A DNA stretch of 64,000 bases from Octopus sinensis (Eukaryota), in assembly GCF_006345805.1 (NCBI RefSeq), contig NC_042998.1, forward strand, positions 114,018,001 through 114,082,000, in the 5' to 3' direction. The notes beneath the pieces were generated by a model. It worked only from the letters and a program-made list of their open reading frames with translations. It did not search any database and was not told the origin of the DNA. The position numbers and the translations under genes are program-made. Within the stretch, counting starts at the first letter, position 1. Each line of letters opens with the position of its first letter. Positions 24,455 through 37,810 of the stretch are shown here, piece by piece.

Positions 24455-24866
24455 TTTCCCGGAGAGAAGACAAGAGAGATATGCGGTGATATATACTTGG
24501 AAGATTTTGGAGGATTTAGCTCCTAATTTTGGAATTGATAGCTATACCAATCCTCGAACACTGCATCATACCAAATATACCGACTTCCCCATCTAAATTA
24601 AGGCCTGAGTTTCAAGAGCCCGCAATTATTCAACATCCTGCCAGGCAACCTTAAACATCTACACGGTGTTGATGAGGAAGTTTTCAAGGAATGTCTGGAC
24701 AGGTTTCCATCTGAAATACCAGATGAACCTACATTGCGGCATGAGACGCAAAGAAGAGCAGCTCCGTTGCTATTTCACCAAAAACAATATTGGAACAACA
24801 CCAAGTAACTACAGGTGGTGCACCAGCATGACCTCACCGCTGGGCTGAAACCAGTAAGAGATAAAT
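24455..24866 (+). mobile_element. CR1-clade LINE 3' end, decayed
   Basis: ERRQERYAVIYTWKILEDLAPN, QLFNILP, FKECLDRF..EIPDEP; 3' UTR caggtggtgcaccagcatg...ctgaaaccagtaag. Confidence 0.8.
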
Positions 24867-24881
24867 GACACATATATATAT

Positions 24882-24914
<33 letters not shown>

Positions 24915-25255
24915 TAAGTCCATTAAGTCTGTGTTCATAGAGTTTCGATCAACACAATTCCACTTAAATTTTTAAGTTGATCCGATGCAATTATAATTAT
25001 AATTACCAATTATGTCAAGGAGTTGGAATTGAATCTGGAACCTCATGATTACGAAGCAAACATGTCTACATTCATATATACATACTTACGCACTATCATA
25101 TGATATATATATATGTATATATATATATGTGTGTGTGTGTATGTATGTACATACATACACACATAAGTATATATTTACTATATGATATATATATATATAT
25201 ATATACATACACATATGTGCATATATATATACACAAACATTATATAGACATATAT

Positions 25256-25312
<57 letters not shown>

Positions 25313-27493
25313 ATGTGCACACTTTCAACACACATCTGGTTGTGGCTGTCAATCTAACAATATTTTCCATTATCTTTCACTTTCGTCCTCCTAATCTGCT
25401 TCTCTCGCCCACTCTGTTTCCTCCTTCATTTATTTGTTTTTAATACAGATTTCTGTGAGCAGATATATTCAGCATTATAATTCTAAATCTATTTGTTTAG
25501 TTGCTCTTTTCAGCATTAGAAATATACTCTATATAACAAAAGTAATTTTTGAATGTGTCAAGTTAACTCTCACTATTTTTGATGTTTTTGTCACCATCTT
25601 CACATGGTATTCTTGTACGTTTTTTTAACAACTTTTTGCCGTTGTGGCAAACACATTTTGTTGTAAATCTGTTTGTCTTCCAAAGAATTTTCTCATTTTT
25701 TTCTCATTTGCTGTTTCTGTTATCTTCTTTATCCTACTCCTCAATGCAGTGTCTGCTTTGTATGGATTATACATGTTTATTTTTCTTTACTTACTTTCAT
25801 TTCTCTGTTGACAACTTGTTGTTTTAGTTGTTCGTTTGATTTACGACAAGTGTCTGTCTTCCTACTTTATGCGTTAAACCTCCCTCTCTATGTTTCTTCT
25901 TTTCCACCTCTGTACGTCTGCATGCATGTATGCTTCTCTCTCTCTATTTTTTCTCCACATATATTTTTTTGCTTTTATAATTGTTGTCGTTGCTGATGAC
26001 GATTTATATAATATTTCTAAAGAGAATGACTAAATAAAACATTTTCATTCTCGGATCATGTACTTTTCACAAATCCATTCGTATTAACCGGAGAAAATAT
26101 AAACGGAAACATAGCAACAACTAAACAACAATAACAGAACTTGGCAGATTCTATAAATATTAACAATAAATATATTCTATAAAGAAATACAAATTTAATA
26201 CATAAAATTGCTTTTCATTTTAATCTGACTGGCAGATATTTCTTTAAAGCAGACTTTTGGATTTGTCGTCGTTTGACAATAATCTTTGGTCCCACTCAGC
26301 CGGATCATTTTAAATTCAAGTGAGGCTTGTCATGATGATTATGTCATGTAAACGCCCTTCAGAACAAACCACTTGTGAGAAGTTTTTCATCAAGTACTGA
26401 TGAAACCTATAATACATCTTTCCTGTGACAAAAATTTGTATAAACAAAATGAATTAAATAATTAAATAAATATATACATAATACAAATATATAATAAATA
26501 ACTAACAACTAAAATATTTAAAAAAAAAGATAACATCTTTCAAAATAAATACAAACATTTATCAAATAATATGACAGATAAATTTTGTGTCGGATATTTT
26601 GTTGAAAAGTAAATATCTATATTTTTCATCAATAATTCAAAGCAAACCAAATCTGAAGTCGAATGACAAATAGAAGTGGCATTGAAAGCTGAATGTACAG
26701 AAGATATTTCAAGGACCAAACATAAAAATGAAGCTATATAGGAGAGAAAACATTAAGCGTCCCGTCAGTTGACGCAGCAGCTAAGAATTGATCAGTTATT
26801 TCAATATACGTTTGTGGCGCAAGTATTGATTTAAACAGACGAGCAGGTAGAAGTTTTAAGTGTCTACCTTTGTGCACATGTTTATACTAGACAAGGATCT
26901 ATACGAACATTTGTGTGAGTAGTGTATACATGCGAAGGTCTGTTTCTGTGCGCCAATGTGTGAATTATGATATATTTATCCAAAAGAAGCCATGTTCTTT
27001 TCCCGAAATCTAACTTAAACAAATTGTCGACGTATTCTTTATTCTTTATTCTTTATAACATTTTGCCAACCAAGAAAATATTGCTTAAAAATTAAAGAGG
27101 TTTTCGATTGAATTTTGATGCATTTTTATAAATTTTATATTTATTTTCTGACTTTTAAAATATTATTTTGCAATATATTACTGAAAAAAATTGTGATAGT
27201 CAATCGATAAAACTATTTAAACTCTAGATTATTAACAAAACAAATCAAATAAGAAAAGAGAAAATAAACTATTTCTATTGAGATACACTCATCTCGTAAT
27301 AAATCATTAAAAAAGACATACAGAGACACAGTTTTCAAACTCATACAAACTCTATATCTTTTAAACTCTCAAATACATTCATGCATCCATTATACATATT
27401 TACATACATACATAGATACATATATGCATATGTGCAGTATATATTTAGGTAGGTAGTAAATTATAATACGGTTTGCATATATATATATAATAA

Positions 27494-27608
<115 letters not shown>

Positions 27609-27622
27609 GTACATACATACAC

Positions 27623-27675
<53 letters not shown>

Positions 27676-28859
27676 TATGTATGTAAAGATCTGTCCATGT
27701 GATACTGGATGCTAGAGAAAGAATAACTACCCAGTGTCGAAAACAGAGTGTATTGTTGATTGAGTCACCCGGAATCTGTGCTAATCTACACAGTGGATTT
27801 CACGAGACACAAAAATTATGTCTTTATCATCCGGCTTTCAAACTCTAATTAAAGAAAGCTGATGGGTAGAACAGCCGAAATCTTACGTCGACGGTATGTT
27901 ACTAGTCTTGCGTTGGAACATTTTTAGTGTTTCTGGCGGGGCTTAAGCCTGAATGGAGCAAATAAATACAAAAATATGTATTTCAATTGTAGCAAATTTC
28001 TTTCACTCTCTCCAATCTAATGCATACTCGTATATTTAGATGCACATATATACGTATACAGATGTATATAATGGATGCATATATATACACATACAGATGT
28101 CTATAATGATTGACAGAATTTCTAGAACGTCAGGTAGAATGCCTTGCAGATCTCTACATTCTAAATTGAAACCAGGTCTGTCTCTTACTGGAGGAAAAAC
28201 AAATGTGCCTTTTGAGATAGTAAAAAATGCAGAGCAAGTGTCTATGTAGTTTTAGCTGATCACTTTCAACACTATCATACCAGGCGGCTTTTAAGTCTTG
28301 TGCGCACAAACAACGCGACATGCATACATGTATACATACATATATGCATATAAACACATATGCATGGAAATAAAATTGATCCATGCACAAATATTCAACC
28401 ATACACATATATATGGTGATGTCTGCAAACAGACATAGTAGTTAAAATATGTTAAGAATATTTTTATCCTCATACCGACCTTCCCAAGACTAGACAAGTA
28501 AATGGCTCGTTATTGTTGTCCTACGTATAAGAAGAACTGTTCCTACCCACCAACTTAGCGTTTGAACTGGATTGAACTGGATTGTTGAACTGGATTGTAA
28601 GGAGTACTTTTCATTATCCACAATTTCGTTCATACGATCAACAATGATATCATCATCATCATCATCATCATCAGTGTCATCATCAACGTTAGTATAAGAA
28701 CCAACAGTATCACCATATCGTTGAGTTGTCATACATGACAGCCGTACATTCTTTCCCTTCAATTTGTTTTTATATATTGTGGTGCCTTAAAAAGCAACTA
28801 ATGGTCCCTCCATCAGCTACATGATATGTGAATAACTGGGACGTATCTCACCAAAACTT

Positions 28860-29320
28860 ATCGGGTCCACTCCTCAAATTTGACCTCATCAGCCTCAATT
28901 TCATTATATTTAATCTCGATTACGTTGTCATTTATTTTGATCTTATTATCGTTAATTTAAATGCAGTCTCTGAAGAATGAAGCGAATTATTTTTATTAAC
29001 AAATATTAACACCAATGATTACTTGTCACAAATTTGTAATGGTATGTAAACATTAAAAGTTTTGTAAAGGATTAGAAATGTTCTACTGTAATAATTGTCG
29101 CACCTCACATTACTGTAAATATACATATACTTAGTATATTCGATGTAAAATTACATACACCCTATTCCTATACAACATAGCAAAGACAAAAATAAATAAT
29201 TGTAATTTAAGTTTTTATTCATTATCCCTATTTCTTAACTCTCTTAACATATTCCTAAAAAATTATATCCCAAACATCTCCGTCAATCAAAATTAGCCCG
29301 ATATTGATTAATGCATATCG
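28860..29320 (-). pseudogene. Left arm of an old inverted duplication; disrupted acidic 21-bp-repeat reading frame at 28860-28975
   Basis: Minus strand reads SFFRDCI*INDNKIKINDNVIEIKYNEIEADEVKFEEWTR*; aligns by eye with 30255-30651. Confidence 0.55.
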
Positions 29321-29332
29321 TTTTTTTTTTAT

Positions 29333-29765
29333 TTTTTACTTGTTTCAGTCATGTGACTGTGACCATGCTGTCGCACCGCCCTTAGTCGAGCAAATCGACC
29401 CCAGAACTTATTCTTTGTAAGCCTAGTACTTATTCTATCGGTCTCTTTTGCCGAACCGCTAGGTTACGGGGATAAACACACCAGCATCGGTTGTCAAGCG
29501 ATGTTGGGGGAACAAACGTCGACACACAAACATATACACACATACTCTTTTACTCTTTTACTCCTTTACTTGTTTCAGTCATTTGACTGCGGCCATGCTG
29601 GAGCACAGCCTTTAGTCGAGCAGCTCGACCCCGGGACTTATTCTTTGTAAGCCCAGTACTTATTCTATCGGTCTCTTTTGCCGAACCGCTAAGTTACGGG
29701 GACGCAAACACACCAGCATCGGTTGTCAAGCAATGCTAAGAGTACAAACACAGACACACAAACAT

Positions 29766-29796
<31 letters not shown>

Positions 29797-29992
29797 CATA
29801 TATACGACAGGCTTCTTTCAGTTTCTGTCTACCAAATCCACTCACAAGGCATTGGTCGTTCCGAGGCTATAGTAGAAGACACTTGCCCAAGGTGCCACGC
29901 AGTGGGACTGAACCCGGAACCATGTGGTTGGTAAGATGCTACTTACCACACAGCCACTCCTGCGCCTATACATACATACATACATACATACA

Positions 29993-30064
<72 letters not shown>

Positions 30065-30240
30065 CACATATATACGACGGGCTTCTTTCAGTTTCCGTCT
30101 ACCAAATCCACTCACAAGGCTTTGGTCGGCCCGAGGCTATAATAGAAGACACTTGCCTAAGGTGCCACGCAGTGGGACTGAACCCGGAACTATGTGGTTG
30201 GTAAACAAGTTACTTACCACACAGCCACTCCTACGACTAT
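29333..30240 (-). mobile_element. Nested SINE-A: a full-length copy (29543-29970) inserted into the internal microsatellite of an older copy (29333-29542 + 29971-30240)
   Basis: Order on the plus strand is tail1, tail2, head2, head1, all minus orientation. Confidence 0.9.
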
Positions 30241-30517
30241 ATTTAAGTATGTATACACGTTTCTCCTCATTAGCCTGAATTTGATTACCAAAGATAATTG
30301 TGAAGAGAGTTTAAACTGATGTTATATATTTTTGTCTTGGTCGTGCTATATATAGTATAGTATGTAGGCTTATATCTAATGTACTGAATTTAGGTAACAT
30401 AAAATGTGATTTTTCAACGTTTGCATTATTTTACAATTCTGTGACATGCAATGATCGATATCAATTCTTTTTCATAAAAATAATACTCCATTCTACGGCA
30501 ATGACATTTATGTTCAG

Positions 30518-30651
30518 GGTAGCCAAATCGAGATAAATGACTACAAAATCGAAACAGAAGAATACGAAATTTCGGTTAGCGATGATGAATTTGAGGTTGA
30601 CATTGACGAAAATGAGGTTGATAACGTTGAGTTTGAAGTGGAAAACCTGTA
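30518..30651 (+). CDS. Putative exon / short ORF encoding an acidic heptad-repeat peptide
   Basis: tgttcag|GGT...AAC CT|gtaagc; reads GSQIEINDYKIETEEYEISVSDDEFEVDIDENEVDNVEFEVENL*; open frame from 30455; six degenerate 21-bp units. Confidence 0.35.
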
Positions 30652-30921
30652 AGCCACTTATTGGCTAAATAACATCAATTTTATTCTTTGCCCCTCAAAA
30701 TGAAAATCGTACAATGTTGTTCGAGATCTTATTATAATTCTCAATTTTCAGACGACGATGAAATGTTGCAAAAACTGTAAGAGGAATAATAAAAAAGAAA
30801 ATTAACCAACACGCAGCTATCATATCTGTCCGTATAATTCCTGATTCGACAAGGATGAACGTGGAAGTCATTATGTGCTGAAGAACATTCTATAACCAAA
30901 GTTTGAAAGTAATTTTTTCAG

Positions 30922-31145
30922 TTTCGGAACTGGCAGAAATGTTAGCACGCCGGGCGAAATGCCTAGCGGTATTTCGTCTGCCGTTACGTTCTGAGTTCAA
31001 ATTCTACCGAGGTCGACTTTGCTTTCGGAGTCGATTAAATAAGTGCCAGTTAATCACTGGGGTCGATGAAATCGACTTAATCCCCTTGTCTGTCGTTGTT
31101 TGTCCCCTCTATGTTTAGCACCCTGTGGGCAATAAAGAAATAAAA
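30922..31145 (+). mobile_element. SINE family B (long-tail form)
   Basis: ctggcagaaatgttagcacgccgggcgaaatgcc...gagttcaaattc...gtgggcaataaagaaataaaa. Confidence 0.85.
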
Positions 31146-32324
31146 TATCAATAAAAAACATTCAAGACACTCTTGTCTTAAACCTCATTGGATACTGAAT
31201 GCTAGTTCTTATAGAATTTCCATCATTTATTGGAAATACATGCCGTTCACACGGTAATGCAAATATATTAAGATAAGTAATTAGACAGATACTGAACGTA
31301 AAAGGAAAGAAAAAAAGAAAAGAAAAATCTGCTCTGCAGAATCATAAAATGTAAATTGAATAATAATTTCAAAGATATTGACTGTAACTTAAAGAAGTAT
31401 GAACAAAAATATACGAAGATTATACAAATTACAGTCTTGAAGAAAAATGAATAAATTTAAAGGTGTGTCTTTGAGACAGCGATTGAAAATTTCTTATGAA
31501 AAATAAATACTAGGCCAAACAAGAAAAACTAAAATTTTATTTCTTATCAACACACTATATACAGGAAGATGAAGACAAACAATATCATTGCAAAAATAGC
31601 CTGTTCTGAAGAAGGACTTAAATTCTTTACATTTAAGATCAGAATGAAAGGAAATATTCAATCAATATGCACCATGGCCTGATACTATCTATGAAGAATA
31701 CTGTTCAAAAGAATCAACTTTGAAATTTTTACAAAAGCTGTAGAAAGTCTGCATAACGTGGAAGCGGCAAGAAGAGATTCTCTTGTTGGCTAATAAATCT
31801 ATTTACTAATACATATAAGTTTTCGGCAGAAGAAATGAAGTTTGCCCAAAGTTTGATGATATCTTGTTAAAGTCAGTTCGCGTACGGTGAGGTGAAAAAT
31901 GCAACGTATTTTGGAGTCTAAGATTGTCATGAACACCAGTATTCAGGTGTGTATACTGTGAGATTCAGACAGGGGAAGAAAAAAACAAGACTTAGGGTGA
32001 GATCTAATAACATTCTTTCTGAAATGCCTGCTTGAAATAAATAGAAATTTCTATTTAATTTTACTCTCTGTTTTTCGTTTATATATAACATACATTTTTT
32101 CTTCTTAACATTACTTACTTCTTGTAATTTGCTTACTGGTCGAGTATTTGTTTTTACTTCGCTTTACATAGATTATCAACGTAGAGATATTCCTCTTTTT
32201 CCTTCTAATTTTTTTTCCTTCGTCTGTTCCTGTGAGGGTTCCATCGTGAGTCAATTCATATTATCATAGAGAAAAAATTCAAACGTTGAATGAAAGGGGG
32301 AAAGTGAGACAGAGTGGAGAGCAA

Positions 32325-32394
<70 letters not shown>

Positions 32395-32549
32395 GCATGT
32401 ATGTATATGTCTTTGAAAGGTCAAAGACTTTAGTACAATTTCTTGGTTCAGATACATTTATAATAGTTTTTTCAACTGAGAGATTAATAATGCTAATAAT
32501 GATAACAACAACAACAACAATGTACAATAGTAGCAGTAGTAATAACAAA

Positions 32550-32583
32550 TAGTAGTAGTAGTAGTAGTAGCAGCAGTAGTATC

Positions 32584-32642
<59 letters not shown>

Positions 32643-32668
32643 CAGCAGCAGTAGCAGCAACAGCAACT
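32550..32668. repeat. (TAG)n / (CAG)n trinucleotide tract
   Basis: Directly visible. Confidence 0.95.
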
Positions 32669-34494
32669 TCTCTATTTGTCACCAGGGTACCGAAATCGAA
32701 AAGGAGGAAAAAAGAGTAACTAAAAAGTTTGCAATAGTATTAAAACGCATAACAAAACAAAATAAAAAGAGCAAATCTGTGAATGGTTTTGTGAAATGCA
32801 CGAATTCCTGAAAGCTATGAAGGAAAGCCTAAAGAAAATAGCTGGAGACACTGGCTGCCCAGCAGTATAAGATATTATCACAAGAATTCAAAACTCAATT
32901 GAACTAAACAAAAAAGAAAAATTGGTTTATAAATGCTGAAATCTTTTTAGTGCTCATTGTGATGACAGTTTTCTGCCTGAAAAATCGTTGAAGAAGTTTC
33001 GTGTCTTAGAGAGATCATTTTTTAAAATTAGTTCTGTTTAATAAGGAAAAGAGGCTGCTCACACACTCATACACATACACACATCCACACATAATCTCAT
33101 ATACATATACACACGTTTAAGTTTAATCTGTAGCGTATTTTGTGTTTCTGATTTAGTTTTTATGAATTAATTTTGAATGAATTAATCACGAGATATTATA
33201 GCCAGTTCTTTTTTTTTGTTGTTTCCCATTAAAATAACGCGGTCTGAACAGACCTACATTTTAACGCACTCTGATCGTAACTCCCCCCCTCTATTTTAAG
33301 GGGTAAACTGGCATTGCAATACTAAATCCATTCTTCCTTTAAATAAAACTATAACGGTGGGTGTGATTTGAGGAAGATTAAGCTGCCGCTTCTAGTTAGC
33401 TTATCATAAAACTGGTTTACTATTGGCATAAAAATTTTGTGCACTTTTAAAAAATGCATTTTGCAAAAACTTAGTAGCAGGTTTGATCTCACTGCACGAT
33501 ATCTTGGGCAAGTGTATTAAAACATAACCAAATCCTTGTTAGTGAAATTCAGTATACCGTAAACTGTGACGTAGATAGTCCGAGGGACTGATTTTCCTGC
33601 AGTGATACGTTTCTGCATTCTTATCATCGTACGCGTGACCCCATTGACAATGGAAGCTCTTTATATTTATGCTGCTGATACAGAAACAATAAATAAGGGG
33701 TTAGGCTAAGTGGCCATACAAAGAGCTCAACAAAATAAGGAAACATTGGATTGCGTATTTGTTTTAGTAAGAAATCACAGAGTAGAAATAATTGCGTATA
33801 TATTCAAAGGAAGAAAGAGTTACGAGCGTGAATAAGATTCAATCTCCCTTCAGTTTTCGTGAATATTTTTATCCGTGGTTCGAAGAAAATAGAGACGCTG
33901 TGGTATGGATGATGAAGTACTAAAAATATTGAGCTACAGAAAGGATCGATTTCTGCTAAATGCTACAGAAATATATAAATGCATATACAAACATTTATAC
34001 ATACACATACATGCATATGCAAACATGCATACATATGCACATATGCACATATATATGTATGTAGATACAGACACACACTCACACGGATAAACTGGGATTT
34101 TCAGAAAGAGAAATCGACCGGCTAATTCGTACATTACAAGTGCAATCTGTGAGTGGAACATTAAAAATATGCAAGACTTTTCTCAAGTTCCAAATGTGAA
34201 TTTGTCTGTGTTAACTACATGCCAAAGATGGAGCCTTGTATCTTTGTTGGAAACCGACTCCCTCCTCAGTGGAAGATTTATAATAATTAAGAAAATAGAA
34301 GAGACTTACATAGTTACATACAAACATGCATACCTCTGTATCATTCAAAAGATATATTCATATTATAATCATAAGGAAAATATTGAGAGTTAATTCGAGG
34401 TTTCGATTGAGTAGCCGCAAACAGAGGTGTGCGTGCGCATGCGTGTATGTGTATAGAGTGTTTGAAGTGGGGTACAGATATTATATATTATGAA

Positions 34495-34769
34495 AAAGGA
34501 GGCCGTCAGAATTTTGGATAATTCTTTATTAGCGCTTTCGCTCGTTTAACAGAACCCATCAAGAAAAATTGAACCAAATAATAAAAACCGAACGTTTTAT
34601 CATTTTTTATATGAATCAAAGAGCGGATGTTTATTACTTTTTTGTTTCGTTTAGAATCGGAGAAAATTTTGTCTTTTGGAAAAAGAGAGAATGAGAGGAA
34701 AATAGTGAGCATCACACTCAAGAAAGAGTAAGAAATGCAAAGAGGAGGAAGATAGAGAGATAGATAAAT

Positions 34770-34800
<31 letters not shown>
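34495..34800 (+). repeat. Diverged third copy of the local repeat that forms the 36213-37433 inverted repeat
   Basis: cagaattttggataattctttattagcgctttcg...gtgagca matches 37098-37330. Confidence 0.8.
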
Positions 34801-34809
<9 letters not shown>

Positions 34810-35437
34810 TCTTTTCAATTATATTTTATTGATGTGGTCAAGCAATTGAAATTTAATTACAATTCAAGACGCTATTCTTGATTCAGTCATTACTTTTGAA
34901 AGCATTTTCTCTCTCCTTTCTCTATCTCATATATCTATCAACATTTTTGTAAATATACACATTTTCTCATTATATACATACTGTACTGTTTGTGAATATG
35001 GAAGGGAGGAGTGTAGGAGGTAGTGGCTATATGACCTTTCAAGATGTCAATTTTAGGAAGAAGGATGGGAAAGATAAGAAAAAAGAGGATGAAGAAAAAG
35101 ATGAAGAGGGAAGGCTTTCTTTTCAATTATACTGGATCGATGTGGACAACGAATTGAGATTCAATTGCAATTCAAGTAGTTTTCTTGCTTCAGTCATTGT
35201 TTTCGGAAGCATTCCTTCCTTTTTCCTTTTTTCTTTCTTCTCTCATTATACACATATTAACATATTTGTAAATATACACATTTTCTGATTAATATGTGGT
35301 CAAGCTATTGATATTAAATCGCAAATCAAGATGTCATTTTTGGCTGCGTCTCTTTCTGTTTTCCTTTTCTTTCTATCATTATATACACATTAATGTTTGT
35401 GAATATATATATATATTAGGATTAAAGAAATGACATA

Positions 35438-35813
35438 CTCTTTTTCTCTTTTTACTCTTTTTACTCTTTTTACTTGTTTCAGTCATTTGACTGCGGCCAT
35501 GCTGGAGCACCGCCTTATTCTTTGTAAGCCCAGTACTTATTCTATCGGTCTCTTTTGCCGAACCGCTAAGTGACGGGGACGTAAACACACCAGCATCGGC
35601 TGTCAAGCAATGCTAGGGGGACAAACACAGACACACATACATATATATATACATATATACGACAGGCGTCTTTCAGTTTCCGTCTACCAAATCCACTCAC
35701 AAGGCATTGGTCGGCCCGGGGATATAGCAGAAGACACTTGCCCAAGATGCCGCGCAGTGGGACTGAACCCGGAACCATGTGGTTGGTTAGCAAGCTACTT
35801 ACCACACAGCCAC
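35438..35813 (-). mobile_element. SINE family A with a short internal deletion
   Basis: Full head and tail present; lacks the agtcgagca..cgaccccgggac segment between cgcctt and attctttg. Confidence 0.9.
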
Positions 35814-36212
35814 GTGTATCTGTGTATGTATGTGTGCATGTGTGAGTAAGAATATGTGTACATATACGTTCTTCTGTTTGTTTAAAAGAGAAAAACGAAG
35901 ATGGATACATATTAACGTGTTTGTGGCTATACACATTACATTTTGAGGAGTGAGAAAAATTATTCTTAAGTGAGTGCAACACAAATATATAAAGTATGAA
36001 ATGAAAAGAGTTCAAAGTCCATGTAAAGGTACATTCGTTCTAATGTTGACTGATTTTAAAATGGTATGTTTGGAGGAGGGCCAAACTGGAGCATTCAAGT
36101 ACTTGCATAATTTCTTCACAGTTGTATTAGTTGGGCGCAACGTCTGTGTAAGCTAACTACGTAGTGTCCATAATTTGTTCAATTTGAAGGCGTGTTCATG
36201 CATAATGTCCGC

Positions 36213-36586
36213 ATGTATATTAACTACGCCAATACAATATGATTGTAAAGAAATCTCTCTCTCTCTCTCTCTCTGTCTATCTTTTCCCTACCTTTGCTTT
36301 TCTTATTCTTTCTCGAATGTCCTGCTCACTATCTTCCTCTCTTTCTCCCTTATTTCAAAAGACAACATTTTCTCCTCTTCTACACAAAACAAAAGACATC
36401 CGTTCTTCGATTCATGTAAAAAACGATGAAGCGTTCTGTTTTTATTATTTAGGTTCAATTTCCTTTGAAGAGTTCGATTAAATGAACGAAAGCGCTACTA
36501 AAGAATTATCCAAAATTCTGATTGCCCCTTTTTTAACACATACATACACATAAACACACGCATGCACACACAGACACACATATATG

Positions 36587-36633
<47 letters not shown>

Positions 36634-36758
36634 TATATATATATATATATACATACATATGTGTATATATACATACACACATATATATATATTATATATA
36701 TTATATATATATATATATATTATATATATATATGTATATATATATGTATACATATGTG

Positions 36759-36799
<41 letters not shown>

Positions 36800-36877
36800 C
36801 ACACACACACACACACATATATATATGTGTGTGGTGTGTGTTATATATATCTATATACATATACACATATGTATACT

Positions 36878-36965
<88 letters not shown>

Positions 36966-36969
36966 TATA

Positions 36970-37032
<63 letters not shown>

Positions 37033-37347
37033 CATATATGTGTGTCTGTGTGTGCATGCGTGTGTTTATGTGTATGTATGTGTTAAAAAAGGGGCAATCA
37101 GAATTTTGGATAATTCTTTAGTAGCGCTTTCGTTCATTTAATCGAACTCTTCAAAGGAAATTGAACCTAAATAATAAAAACAGAACGCTTCATCGTTTTT
37201 TACATGAATCGAAGAGCGGGTGTCTTTTGTTTTGTGTAGAAGAGGAGAAAATGTTGTCTTTTGAAGAAAGGGAGAAAGAATGGAAGATAGTGAGCAGGAC
37301 ATTCAAGAAAGAATAAGAAATAAGCAAAGGTAGGGAAAAGATAGACC

Positions 37348-37395
<48 letters not shown>

Positions 37396-37431
37396 CTTTA
37401 CAATCATATTGTATTGGCGTAGTTAATATAC

Positions 37432-37433
<2 letters not shown>
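36213..37433. repeat. Long inverted repeat (~390-410-bp arms) around a (TA)n-rich spacer
   Basis: 36213-~36600 is the reverse complement of ~37020-37433. Confidence 0.9.
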
Positions 37434-37478
<45 letters not shown>

Positions 37479-37480
<2 letters not shown>

Positions 37481-37768
37481 GAGGCACATGGTCTACTGGT
37501 TAGAGCAGCAGACTCGCGCTCGAGGGATCGCGGGTCCGAATCTCAGACCGGGCGATATGTGTGTTTATGAACGAAACGCCTAAGCTCCACGCAGCTCCGG
37601 CAGAATGTAATGGCGAACTTCTGCTAACTCTTTCGCCTCAACTTTCTCTCACTCTTTCCTCTTGCATCTTGCAGCTCACCTGCGACGGACCGGCGTCCCA
37701 TCCAGGTGGGGAACTTATACGCCAACGAAACCGGGAAACCGGCTCCATGAGCCAGGCGTGGCTCGAGA
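37479..37768 (+). mobile_element. tRNA-derived SINE, family D
   Basis: ggaggcacatggtctactggttagagcagcagac...gggtccgaatctc head; tail gcgacggaccggcgtcccatccagg...gaaaccgggaaaccgg. Confidence 0.8.
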
Positions 37769-37778
37769 AGGAACAATA

Positions 37779-37810
<32 letters not shown>

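Noticed and set aside
27855-27895. ctgatgggtagaacagccgaaatcttacgtc hammerhead-like spacing
   Set aside because: Core mismatch at A9 and no stem I or stem III pairing.
28490-28762. 90-aa acidic ORF on the minus strand
   Set aside because: Acidity comes from a (GAT)n tract and a 13-bp micro-duplication; no splice or homology support.
28862-28900. Minus-strand CTGATGA-GGTC...GACC-CGATAA resembling a hammerhead
   Set aside because: GAAA is not present after the stem and no stem I forms; the sequence is explained by the acidic 21-bp repeat.
31560-31980. Coding-like fragments (APWPDTIYEEYC, IFTKAVESLHNVEAARR, FDDILLK...GEKCNVF) faintly reminiscent of ion-channel or transposase text
   Set aside because: Multiple stops and frameshifts with no diagnostic motif; needs tblastx to evaluate.
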